NCBI GenBank assembly: GCA_951406725.2
Contig: OX597825.1
Span: forward strand, 61,380,001 to 61,444,000
Reading direction: 5' to 3'
Source: Octopus vulgaris
Taxonomy: Eukaryota
DNA length: 64,000 nucleotides
Part shown: in pieces, positions 37,210 to 49,784 of the stretch
Position numbering within the stretch: the first letter of the stretch is position 1
Layout of the letters: the number at the start of each line of letters is the position of its first letter
The notes under the pieces: model-generated
Databases searched by the model: none
The model's input: only the letters and a program-made list of their open reading frames with translations
Told to the model about the DNA's origin: nothing
Position numbers and translations under genes: made by a program

Positions 37210-37605
37210 CTAGCAGTATCGCCGGGCGTTGCTCGGGTTTGTAAGGGAAATAACTATATAAGCATTTTTAGAGAGTTATAGCCAAAAAATAGCAAAAAAA
37301 TGCATTAAAAATGGAAAAAAATGATGGTAAATTTTTTTTAAATTCGTTGAATCACCGTAGACATTTTTAGAGAGTTACTTCCCTTATATAATAGCGAAAA
37401 AATGCATTAAAATGGAAAAAATGATGGTAAATTTGTTTTTTAATCGTAGACTCATCGTAGACGTGCGCTAATACCCAGAAGGGCTCGATATGAATCACGA
37501 GTATAAGATACCCGGTTTTGGTTAAACTGCACCGCAAAATGTGGGAGTAATTAGGAATCTAAATCGTAGGAGACAGACACACAACTTGACTTTTATATAT
37601 AAAGA
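37210..37605 (-). mobile_element. Non-autonomous Helitron
   Basis: The minus strand has 5' TC, hairpin cccgagcaacgcccgg and 3' CTAG|T. It is homologous to 18898-19291. Confidence 0.85.
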
Positions 37606-37679
37606 TATATATATCAGACGCCATGATAGATCGTTAGCCACTACACACACTTTTTTCTCTCCTTGTTTTTTCTGTGTAC

Positions 37680-37715
37680 CTTTCTGTAGAAGAGCGTAGG
37701 CTCAAAATGTAAAAG
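37680..37715 (+). ncRNA. Minimal hammerhead ribozyme relic (family related to 7967)
   Basis: cttt CTGTAGA a-gagc-gtag-gctc AAAA tgt a aaag. Stem I cttt/aaag covaries with gttt/aaac at 7967. Confidence 0.55.
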
Positions 37716-37793
37716 ACTTTTTTCTATTCCTTTTTGTACACCACCTGTCTTCGCCTTTTGTTTTTTTTCGTAAACTTTCCCTACATATATATA

Positions 37794-37832
<39 letters not shown>

Positions 37833-37837
<5 letters not shown>

Positions 37838-38254
37838 AAAATTGTATAATTATGAGCATAGTTATAATTAGGGTTCAGCAAAATTTGCTTCACCACATAC
37901 CGAAATTTAGAAATAGCAGTTAAACTACTATTTTACTACCATAAGATATCTCCCAGACAGCAAAACCCAATAACTCACTCTAGAAGTGTAAAGAGATAAA
38001 ATTAAAAACAAATATGGAAACAAATGCATGAATTGTTGAGTATTGCTATCTGGGAGATATCTTATGGTAGTAGAATAGTATTTTAACTGCTATTTCTAAA
38101 TTTCGGTATGTGGTGAAGCAAATTTTGCTGAACCTTAATTATAATTATGCTCATAATTATAGAATTTTTGTATAAGTTTACCGATAATGATTCTTTTAAC
38201 ATACCAAACTACTCGGTAAAATTATGAATCATTAATTGATTAATTAATTTTACC

Positions 38255-38260
<6 letters not shown>
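37833..38260. mobile_element. Fold-back relic with ~130-bp inverted arms and a one-sided extension, PLE-type
   Basis: Arms at 37833-37963 and 38043-38173. The right arm extends about 85 bp further. The element is flanked by TA/ATT tracts. Confidence 0.65.
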
Positions 38261-38305
<45 letters not shown>

Positions 38306-38310
38306 TATAT

Positions 38311-38376
<66 letters not shown>

Positions 38377-39477
38377 AGATATATATATATACTAGGCTTC
38401 TTTTCCATTTCTGTCAAACAAATTCACTAAAACGATTTGATGTGCCCTGGGTAGAAGATGCTGAAGTTGGTGCATAGTGGGACCAAACCTGAAACAGTAT
38501 TGTTCTGCTGTATTATTATGTGATGTCTTTTTCTTAAGTGGGAGAAAACATATGAAAGATTATTTCCATATAATTCATTTGTTTTTCTCATTTGGAATGT
38601 CCTAGTAGCTTCAGATAATGTTATTTTGCTCTCAATTGGAGCTTATCAATACAACACAACTTGGGATTATGAAACTAGATGGCCTATGTTCATTTAAATC
38701 ATTTAGGAATTATATACAATCAACTTTCTTTTGTTTTTTTCTTATCTCTTAACAGTGGAGAAAAGAAGTGAAGAGACAGGGGGAGGGCAATAAAAGCCTT
38801 GGAGTGATTTAAAATTAAAATTAATATTATACACAGTATGATTGATATCTTCTATTTTCTTTACTTCTAACAGTAGAGGAGAGAAAAAAGAGAAAGAGAC
38901 TGAGTGATAGAATGAGGGAAAGTCTCATATGTGTTTAAGATTTCATTCTGGGAATCATTGAAGGATCTTGTTTCATTTCTCCAAATTATTCTTTTTTTTT
39001 TCCCAATACTTATTTGTCTAGTTCTTCATATAGATTCGATTACCAATTTCTCTACAAACCACATACAAGTCCTTCTGTTTTTCTCAGGTAAAAATGTGAG
39101 ACCTGTGGTTGGAAATATGTCGGAGACACTCTTGTTGGAAATATGCTGTTTATCACCTCATGATGACTTCAGATAAATTTCCAATATGTTTCATCTCACC
39201 GTGGAATCTTGCAATCAGTTTTGTGCGTAGCCTTCAGAATTCGACCATCGTTTAATACAGATGTGTGAAATTTTACTGGGGACTGTTGTGGTTTCCATCT
39301 ACAGCTGCTTTCAGAGTAAGAGGTGGAGAGAAAGAGAGTCTGTTAAGAAATAGAAAAGAAGGAGAATTTTTCCTTTAAGGGAGGGTACTGTTCAGGGCTT
39401 CTTTTTTGCTTTATTATTATGTGATATCTTTTTCTTATGAGTGAGAGAACATATGAAAGAATATTTCCATATAAATG

Positions 39478-39523
<46 letters not shown>

Positions 39524-39524
<1 letters not shown>

Positions 39525-41562
39525 GATAAGAAAATGGAGAAATACATCTAAATCAAATATCAATTACCAGATAATACTCAATCACATACTTTATTAAACC
39601 ACCACATAAGAGTCTGTAGGGTTAGATATAAAAAGCAGAACAAATCAGTGTACATAAAGGAATGTACATAAAAAAAGTGTACATAAAAAAGTAATGTTGT
39701 ATAATAAGTAGAATATATATAAAAGAGAATATAAATATAAGAAAATATAAAAATATAAGTATAGATTATATCTTACAGCTGTTTCGGCCATGTAGATAAG
39801 TATGTCTCATTTTACCAATATTAGCCCTTTATGGTAGGTCAATATATAGATATAAATGAGACATTTACAAAAATATCATAAGGCCTCTTTGGAGATTATG
39901 TAATATAAAACAGTCTACATATATACCCACATGGGTGTGGGTGCATACCCATAATACAACATATACATATACATATGAGTGCATATACTCACACTCCTAT
40001 ACATATAAAAATATACATATACATAATGATATAAGTAAATAATATAAATTAGTAAACATATAAATGTGTTCAACATCCAATGTCTCAGTTTTACGACTTA
40101 ATATTGTGATAATAAACATACACAAATTAGTACCTAGATGCAAATATACATAGTCAATAATACATTATATTTCTTCATACTAATTTCTAAAGTGTCATTA
40201 AAGTTAGCATCATTATCGTTGTCAATACCATTAATCTTATCATTATTATCATTCATAATATTATTAATAACGCTTACATTAGGATCCAGAGCGGTATATA
40301 TGTATGTCCGGTTTCCAGTTAGTAATTTTCCTTATGGCATAAATACACTATTGGATTTGAATTTAAAATTATATATGTCCGGGTTCCAGATAATAATTTT
40401 CCTTATGACATAAATACACTATTGGATTTGAATTTAAAATTATCGTAATTTAAAATTATCGTTATCTTATGATAATTTTAAATTCAAATCCAATAGTGTA
40501 TTTATGTCATAAGGAAAATTATTATCTGGAACCCGGACATATATAATTTTAAATTCAAATCCAATAGTGTATTTATGCCATAAGGAAAATTACTAACTGG
40601 AAACCGGACATACATATATACTGCTCTGGATCCTAATGTAAGTGTTATTAATAATATTATGAATGATAATAATGATAAGATTAATGGTATTGACAACGAT
40701 AATGATGCTAACTTTAATGACACTTTAGAAATTAGTATGAAGAAATATAATGTATTATTGACTATGTATATTTGCATCTAGGTACTAAATTGTGTTTGTT
40801 TATTATCACAATATTAAGTCGTAAAACTGAGACATTGGATGTTGAACACATTTATATGTTTACTAATTTATATTATTTACTTATATCATTATGTATATGT
40901 ATATTTTTATATGTATAGGAGTGTGAGTATATGCACTCATATGTATATGTATATGTTGTATTATGGATATGCACCCACACCCATGTGGGTATATATGTAG
41001 ACTGTTTTATATTACATAATCTCCAAAGAGGCCTTATGATATTTTTGTAAATGTCTCATTTATATCTATATATTGACCTACCATAAAGGGCTAATATTGG
41101 TAAAATGAGACATACTTATCTACATGGCCGAAACAGCTGTAAGATATAATCTATACTTATATTTTTATATTTTCTTATATTTATATTCTCTTTTATATAT
41201 ATTCTATTTATTATACAACATTACTTTTTTATGTACACTTTTTTATGTACATTCCTTTATGTACACTGATTTGTTCTGCTTTTATATCTAACCCTACAGA
41301 CTCTTATGTGGTGGTTTAATAAAGTATGTGATTGAGTATTATCTGGTAATTGATATTTGATTTAGATGTATTTCTCCATTTTCTTATCTTGTATTAGTAA
41401 TTTGTGGTAAATCATTTTACCTTTGCCCATATAATACAGTAAATTAATTGATTGCATCGCAATCATTAACATTTATGTATTAACTTTGTTGAGTACTTCA
41501 CTAGCAGTATATTGGATATATATTATCCCATGGAGGGTTGCATTTACAACCCCTATCTCAAT
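39524..41562. mobile_element. Large young PLE-derived fold-back: ~925-bp near-identical inverted arms plus 170-bp 3' extension
   Basis: Arms at 39524-40448 and 40467-41389, with only a handful of mismatches or indels. HHR-like motifs lie at 39770-39896 (-) and 41019-41145 (+). It is inserted in (TA)n. Confidence 0.85.
41019..41145 (+). ncRNA. Hammerhead-like motif with variant core and ~100-nt stem II (mirror at 39770-39896, -)
   Basis: atct CCAAAGA ggcc...ggcc GAAA cagctg TA agat. Stem III is the palindrome ACAGCTGT. The core differs from CUGANGA at U4 and G5. Confidence 0.6.
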
Positions 41563-41563
41563 T

Positions 41564-41610
<47 letters not shown>

Positions 41611-41979
41611 GTATATATGTATATATGTATGTATGTATGTATGTATATATATCTTGGTTTTGTACCAACTTGGATTTGAATTAAAGATCGTCTACACCTA
41701 TATATTTTTTTTCCTTTCCTTGTATTTTATTTATTGATGTTTGCAAATACTGAATGTATATTTGTATATATACTTTGCTTGGTTTGTATTGGTGGACTTG
41801 GATGTTTGAGATCCCTTTGAAGGATTTCGATCCTCACCTCTTTTATATATATATCACACTTTCTAAGGGTTAGCAAATAGAAATAACACTTGCTACCCAA
41901 GGACAAAAATCATGTTACAAAGTTTTATTTGTAAAGATGATGATACACTCAGAATATATCAGAGTATAAAATGCACATT

Positions 41980-42012
<33 letters not shown>

Positions 42013-42305
42013 GTTTAACGTCCGTTCTCCATGCTAGCATGGGTTGGACGGTTCGACCGGGGATCTGGGAAGCCAGAAGGCTGCACCAGGCTCCGGTCTT
42101 ATCTGGCAATGTTTCTACAGCTGGATGCCCTTCCTAACGCCAACCATTCCGTGAGTGTAGTGGGTGCTTTTTACGTGCCACCTGCACTGGTACCAGGCGA
42201 GGCTGGCATCGGCCACGGTCGGATTGGTGCATTTTATGTGCCACCTGCACGGAAGCCAGTCGAGGCGGCACTGGCTTCGGCCACGATTCGGATGGTGCTT
42301 TTTAC
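41980..42305 (-). mobile_element. RTE 3'UTR/tail copy
   Basis: (CAT)n followed by cgtttaacgtccg, with repeated 'ggtgctttttacgtgccacc' units. Confidence 0.8.
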
Positions 42306-43489
42306 GCTATCAAATGCATTAATTAGTATCTCTTCTCATGTGATTCAGATTATAAATACTGCTTGTTTCTAATTTGGATTTATTAACCCAAATTTCAGCA
42401 TGTATATTGGTAAATTCAACAGTATATTACAGAGCTTAACTCTTAATTTCTTGTAAGACACAATTCTGCATGGGATGGTAAGAGTAAACCAGAACTGAAA
42501 TACTCAACCTCTCAAGAATAATACTAACAATGTTTACATTCATTTGTAAGGAAATGTGTCTCTGTTTAATAGAGGAAAAGATTCTGATCCTGTCTTGTAT
42601 CATTCACTTATATTCCAGAACAGCAGTGCTCCAGTATGGCAGCACCTCTGAAGCTGAAACAGGTAAAAGAATAAAAAAAGAGAGAAAGAAAAGGGAAATA
42701 TTGAATCATTACAGAGCTGGGCTTTTGCTTTGGAAATTTTCGACAGGATTTTAAGAGATTAATATCATAAACATTGTAAATGGAGTTTATCTGGTAAATA
42801 GATTCTTGAGAGGACTAGAAAACAAAGCAAGTAGAGTCTTATGTGAAGTCTATATGAAGAATATTGTTTGCAATTTTGTTTGAGTTAAAATTTTCCAGGA
42901 TATCAATTTGATTTATGTTCCAAGTTTATCCGAGCATAAACTTAGGAGAATGTAATATCAGAATAGCATATTTTCTCTTTTAGTTAGGCTAAATCCAACA
43001 AATGTTTTCAAGAAACCCAATTCTTTGATGTTTTAAGATATAGATCCATGTCAAAGTTAGTTTGAAATCCTTATTAATGTCAGTGTTCTTCCCTGCAAGT
43101 AAGATGTTGATCATTTTATTAATGTGGTTAAATATTGATGTATTTTCTTCTTTATGTTTAGATTTTAAGAGTTAAAAGTAAATAAAAAATACTGGTCCAA
43201 AAGCAAACTACTCATTTCTCCTCATCATCATGACCCATCCCCACCAGGCTCTGCAACAACAACTATGCTCTATCTTCCTTTGTCGAATGCCAGCCCTCTG
43301 GAATTAAGCCTCTGCTCACATTTTCCACAGGATGGCCACTTCATCATCAGTCTCCAAACCTAGGAAATAAAAATATAAAAAATAAAAATGAATTTATTTC
43401 AGAAATATATCTTAGCAGTTTTTATCATGAAGCCTGTTTCATATTTTCAGGAAGATCGGGTTCATTTTTAGCTATTTATGTCTGTGCTG

Positions 43490-43935
43490 GTATAGTCATG
43501 TGATGCATATGGATGAGGTCAATTTCACAAAGAAGTGCTGATCTCTAACTGTGCAGCAAACTTGTGGAAGAGTTAGACCCAGGAAGACGTGAGATGATAT
43601 GGGGAAATATGATCTTCGGATGTTGAGTCTCATAGAGATGATGACAAGTGATTAAGACTTTTGATAATTTGTTGTGCTTGAGATGACACACCAAACTAAG
43701 TGAAATTGTGGTTGTGGCCAATACTGAAGACACAAGGAAGGCACCTGTGCTGGTGACACATAAAAGACACCCAGTACACTCTGTAGAGTGGTTAATATTA
43801 GGAATGGTATCAAGCCATAGAAACCAGGCCAAAACACACTGGAGCCCCCAATGCAGTTAAACCATCATACCAATTCCAGTTAAACCATCTTACCCATACT
43901 AGCATGGAAAATGGATGCTAAACAATGATGATGTC
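43490..43935 (+). mobile_element. Decayed RTE LINE 3' end
   Basis: 'gttagacccaggaagacgtgagatga' (GRPRKTW-like) followed by the same 3'UTR and tail as 2673-3301. Confidence 0.7.
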
Positions 43936-46019
43936 TGAAAACTAGAATTACAGGCTATGGTGCCGTTAAATAAATTGATTATACCAAAATTGAAACAAAC
44001 TTATCAACTATTAAAAGGAAGACAAAAAGCTTTGCACTGACTGTTGTGGAGAAGGTTTATGTTCTGCTCTAGAAACAACAAATTCTGAGAATATACATTT
44101 TATGGGTATTATATATTCTCTTAATGTATATGACACTAGATAGCTCACTGAGATAATATAATTTTGAAGTAAAGTATAAATAAGTTGGTAGTTTACATTA
44201 TATTGATATCTTATCTGATTTAATATCCTTACAATTTGTTTAATGCCATCAAAATCTGATTATGTATGTGTTTCTATACCGTCTGTTCTTGTCTGCTAAT
44301 GATAAGTATTTCAAAGAACCAAACATTGAAGTAGTCAGAAAACTGAGAAACTACTTCAAGTCAGGTTCTTCTCATGTGAGAATTGTCAATTGTGTTCTGT
44401 AGAGGAATAAGTAAAATGCTTCTTGGAAAGCTTGTTCAAAATATAAAAGCAACATCTAATTGAGCAAACGAATCTTGTATGTCACAATAATAGGGAAAGT
44501 GTATATAAGTTTCTGGTTGAAATCTGGGGATATTTGTTTAGTAATCCAAGGAACTTCCTAAAGGGGCTTGTTGCTATTGTCCTTATCATCATTGGTATCA
44601 TTGTCCTCATGGTCGTTGTTATCATGGTCGTTGTCATCATCATCACCATCATCATCATCGTCATCAATGTCATCATCACCGTCATCATAATCAACGTCGT
44701 CACCATTATTGTCCTCCCCCTCCTCCCCCTCCTCCTCATCATCCTCATCATCATCATCGACGTCATCATCATCATCAACGACATCATCATCATCGTCCTC
44801 CTCCTATTCCTCCTCCTCCCTTCCCCCTCCTCCTATCCTTCCTCCTCCTCCTCCTCATCATCATCATCAGCAGCAGCAGCAGCATCATTATCAGTATCAT
44901 CATTGTTGTTGTTATTTAGCCATAAGTCAGTCCTGATTGTGCTGACCTATAAATCAGACACATTCAGCCAATGACCATCCTGTCTTTTATTTCGTTATTG
45001 AGTACCTAGGACGACAGTATAATGTGTCTCCTTCTTCATTATTGTTGTTAAGCCCCAGATCGATCCTGATACAGTAGAGCTATGATCGAAGGTGCTCCAA
45101 CATGATAAACCAGTCTTTTATTCAGGCATGGTGTATCTAGGACTACATTACGTAAAGAACTTTTCTTAATTGCTCTTCAGTCCCAAATTAGTTCTAATCC
45201 TGTTAGCCTATTATGAAAGGGATTCCAGCGATCACCATTCTGTCTTTGTTGATTTGTTGTTGTTGTTGTTAAGCAACAAGACAGGTAAGGGTGATTAGGT
45301 GATGGTCTAGGGCTTAAGGGTGGGAAACCCCAGACCTTGAAAAGAGAAAATTTGGTCGTCTTGTTGTAGTCAAGGGCTCTTCGTTGATGCCCGACACCAC
45401 TGGGAGGTGGCCCTCAAAGTCGCTGGAAATGGAGATCTCCAGGTTCAAATTCTTGGACAGCTGTCTTTGTTGATGAAAGAGAGTGTTATTTCAGATTTGA
45501 TTATTAATTAGGTCAAACAACCTCGTGGAATTTTTGTCATTAGCTTATTTTTCATATTTTCTTTGAAAAAAATAATTAGGTAATTTCTAGCAGAAAATAA
45601 TAAACAAGAAAAAATTACTTGGATATCTAGGTACACATGTATTTAGGGAAATAAGAAAGTAAGTGGATTAGCAAAAGATGGAACACAAAAGAGCAATAAT
45701 AAAGATTACATTCCTAATCTTTTCTAAAGTCAAGCATTCAGTAAAAGCATAATTAAGAGTGAAAAAATATTGGAAAGGAACAAGAGATAAACTAGTAATC
45801 TTTAATCCTCCATTATCTCAACCACATCTATTTGTGTACAAAACATCAGACATTGAAGAAAGATAATAAACAAAATTGATTCGTTAGCTTTGAGCTTGCC
45901 ATTTTCTTTTCAGATAAATTCTTTCTTGAGCAGGTCATATGGAATCACCTTTATGTTCTTGTGGAGATTATTCAGAACCCTTATGGCATTCTTTGCTCCA
46001 GTACAAAAGATGCCAGTCT

Positions 46020-46076
<57 letters not shown>

Positions 46077-46560
46077 TGGAGGAGAAGGAGGAGATTTCAA
46101 AAACGAGCTTTAAAATGGCTACCAAAGTTAGAGGTACAATTAATTTTCAAGGTTCTGCCAATTACAAATAAGTTTTTCTAATTCATTGGAGATAAAAAAT
46201 AATTTAACAAAAGAAACATTAAACTCATCTTGTTCTGTGTGTCTTTCTCCTTTCTTTTTCCTCTTTTTCCTCAAGTTTTTGCATCTTATTTTTTTTGCTC
46301 CCTTTATGTTTTTTTTTGTTTGTTTATTTGTAGATGGGTCATTATATACCATCCTCAATCTGTCATGGTTTAACAGTTTTATACAGACATTGAAATTAAT
46401 TAAATAACTATTACCATCTTTATCATCATCGTCATCGTTGTCATCATCATCATCATCATCATCATCAACACCAATCATCATCATCATGATCATCAATCAT
46501 CATCATCATCATCATCATGATCACCAATCATCATCATCATCATCACCACCAATCATCACC

Positions 46561-46619
<59 letters not shown>

Positions 46620-47261
46620 CCACCACCAATCATCATCATCATCATCATCCTCATCATCATCAGCATCAGCATCATCATTATTTAAAGCCTGTTTTTCATG
46701 CTGGCATGGGTTTGGATTGTTTTACACTATACAATAAACTGCAGGGCTCTGCTGAGCTCCAGTGTCAGCTTTGGCATGTTCTCTGTTGCTGGATGCTCTT
46801 TCTTAAACCCTTCCACTTTACAAGTGAGTATTGGGTGCTTCTCTTCATGCCACCCTGCAATAAGACAAAGAGAGTGAACAAGGAAAAAGGAAGAAAAGCT
46901 CCTGCTAATAAGTGATGGGGAGTATTCAAGATGGGAAGGTGGAATTAAGGCAAAGCTAGGTATGGTAGAGGAAGCATAGGTGTCTTGCTTTAGAAGGGAT
47001 ACATGGCCACTACTCAATAAAATAGGGATGGGTAGGAAGAGTAGGGAGGGCATAAAAATGATAAATAAAATCAAACTTTTCTTTTATCTTTTAATCTTTT
47101 ACTTGCTTCAGTCACTAGACTATGGTCATGCTGGGGCACAATTTGAGGGCGGTTTGGCAGTTTTCAAACATACCTGTATAATTTTTGTAAAAAAATTAAG
47201 AAGTGATTTTGTTGTTATGGCTGTTTGGAACACTATAAACCTTACAATAATAACCATCCAG

Positions 47262-48015
47262 ACCAATTTTGGCCATTTTTTTAAGAATTAAAAACCATTG
47301 GATGAGCCATTTTGGTAAAAACCAAAAAAATAATTGTAAATATTTTCAGAGGAAAAGGTGAACAATTCAAGGGAGGTTTGGCTGTTGTTTCTAGCACAAC
47401 CTAAACCACCCTCAATTTTCACTCTCACATATCTTGCTGAGTTTTCAATATTTTCTCTCCCATTAAACACATTTTACAGAATAATGATGCTAAAGTAATA
47501 CACATGTGGTCATATGGTGGAATATAAGCAACAAAAAAAATTGTAATCTAAATTTCTACTCCCACCTCAGTCAAGCGGAACCATGTATGCGTGTGTAAGA
47601 AAAAGCATTTTCTGACAGAAAAGTATACTATTAAAATGAATTATTGTTTATGCAACTCTTTCTTTCAATCACTGTGGATAACTGCCAGCAATGACCTTCT
47701 CAGGCTCTACAATATTTTAATTTATAAACAGAAACAATTGGGGGCAGGGAGTGGGGTTGCAAAAAATTCATAATTTCTCAAATTTTCTTTACTTTAGCAT
47801 ATAAAATTATTAAAGGGAAGAAAGATATCGAACAACATCAATACATGTGAGAGTGATAAATAAACATGGAGGGTTGTCTTGGGCTGTGTTAGAAACAACA
47901 GCCAAATCTCCCTTAAATCACTCACTTTTCCCTCTAAAAATATTAACAATTTTTTTATACCACAGAGGCCCCCCCCCCATTGCCTTGAAGGCGCAACAAA
48001 AATTGGCCAAAATAG
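47262..48015. mobile_element. Old inverted-repeat element (~200-bp diverged arms)
   Basis: 47370-47413 'gggaggtttggctgttgtttctagcacaacc' is inverted at 47869-47912. Weaker homology extends to 47262 and 48015. Confidence 0.55.
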
Positions 48016-48559
48016 GTTCAGAGTGGGATGATGAGGGAGTGGGGTTGTAAGAAAAAAATTTTCAAAACATTTTTCATACAAAGATATTGAATTGGGATTC
48101 CATAAATTCCAATATACTCTGAAGCCATAACATCTAAGTGGTAAATGTAAAAAATTTCGCTAAAAAGTATTCATTTTTCTAGTTGTTATAAAGCAACAAA
48201 GTCGTGGGTGTATACCTCTGTAGTTATGCCCTTTTATTTGTATGATTTTTACATTTCATGTTTATTTCATTCATTGTTTGCAATGTTCTCTCTCCCCCTC
48301 TCTTGCTCACACACACACACTACAAAGCTTAGAGATAGGCTGCTAAACTTGAATTTGTATGTTGCTTTGAGGGGAAGCTAAAACTTGACAAACCACTTTC
48401 CTGTCTGTAGTTGGACTACCTTGATGTTTGTTTAAATATGAGAGATTATGACTGTGATAAAATAATGTGAGCAATATTTACTAAGCAAGTGAGCATTATC
48501 ATACAAAGAAATAATTAGGCGTAAAATATCATAAAAATTATTAGAAATGTGAAAATATT

Positions 48560-48607
48560 ATCAAGTGGCCAGCAGAAAACCGCCTGGAGGGCGATCTTCT
48601 TGCTAGT
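48560..48607 (+). mobile_element. Helitron 3' end
   Basis: Hairpin cgcc-tggag-ggcg about 10 nt upstream of CTAG|T. Confidence 0.55.
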
Positions 48608-49548
48608 ACATATAATAGATATATGCAAACAAACACATGTATATGCTACACGTTTTTAGGTATATATATATATATACACATATAAAAATGATAAATTATT
48701 TGTATACACACTCCTAAGTATCTATCCTCTTAATACAGAGAGACCATATATATTAAATACTCATCTATAATGTAATATTATGTAATTATATCTATATATG
48801 TATAATTATTTTATAAATAGCATTACATCATATAGTAATAATATACAATTTACTATTAATTAGAATCATTTAATCAACAATCTTTGTATAACTGAAATTG
48901 AAATAATTAAAATATACAGCCAATCTATATTAGGCAACCACATAATATGCAATTTTTCCCTCTTAGCATCATGAATCTACAAGTAACAATAAAACTCCTA
49001 ATTTTAATAATCTTGATTAATTTTAATTAATATCATAAAACTATTAAAACTATTTATTATTATTTTTGCTTAATTAAAAAAAATATTAAAGACATGTCAT
49101 ATATCTAATAATATTTTTATACTCATGCGCACATATACATATAATAGGTGTATATAAAAAAATGCAATTGCATACACTACACGTTAATAGAATTATATGT
49201 ACATACATATAAATAATACATATTTTTAATTGCTGTCCTCTTCAAATTAAACTTCATACACACATACATAAACAAATCTATCTAATTCGATAAGATTTTA
49301 TAATGATAAATACATAGAGAGTAATATGCATTGATTATGTAAACCAATAGAAATTTACATAGATAACGGTTTTATTTTTACTTTTCATTTTAATTTATAT
49401 TGTTTATTATTATTTAGTTTATATTTTTATTTTTTACCCATTATACTATATTTTTGTTTTTTAATATTTTTTAAAATTATTAGCATATACATGCTAATAT
49501 ATAAAAATATATATCCAATCCATCAAAATGTAACTCCTATTGTACTCT

Positions 49549-49686
49549 AGCCCTGATGAGATTTTACCCAATATTATTCAAAATATTATTCAAAATACTT
49601 TTCCATTCTAATCTTTGGGTTATTCCAATCTTTGAATTTGCAATTACACATTCGACTGAATTGAATCGTTGAAACGTTCATAAGCT
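49549..49686 (+). ncRNA. Decayed hammerhead with long stem II in an AT-rich PLE-like segment
   Basis: agcc CTGATGA gatt...aatcgtt GAAA cgttca TA agct. Stems I and III are imperfect. Confidence 0.5.
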
Positions 49687-49749
49687 TTATTTGGCAGTAT
49701 GTTGATAAATTAATTTTATATCCTTGCCAACTCTCCATTCTTCTTCTTC

Positions 49750-49784
<35 letters not shown>

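Noticed and set aside
40138-40777. Two identical 91-aa hydrophobic ORFs on opposite strands
   Set aside because: They are a by-product of the inverted repeat in AT-rich DNA and contain no recognisable domain.
39524-41389. Possibility that the large inverted repeat is a read-chimera or assembly artefact
   Set aside because: The arms differ at several positions, there is a spacer and a one-sided extension, and the architecture matches older diverged fold-backs in the window. It is not fully excluded without reads.
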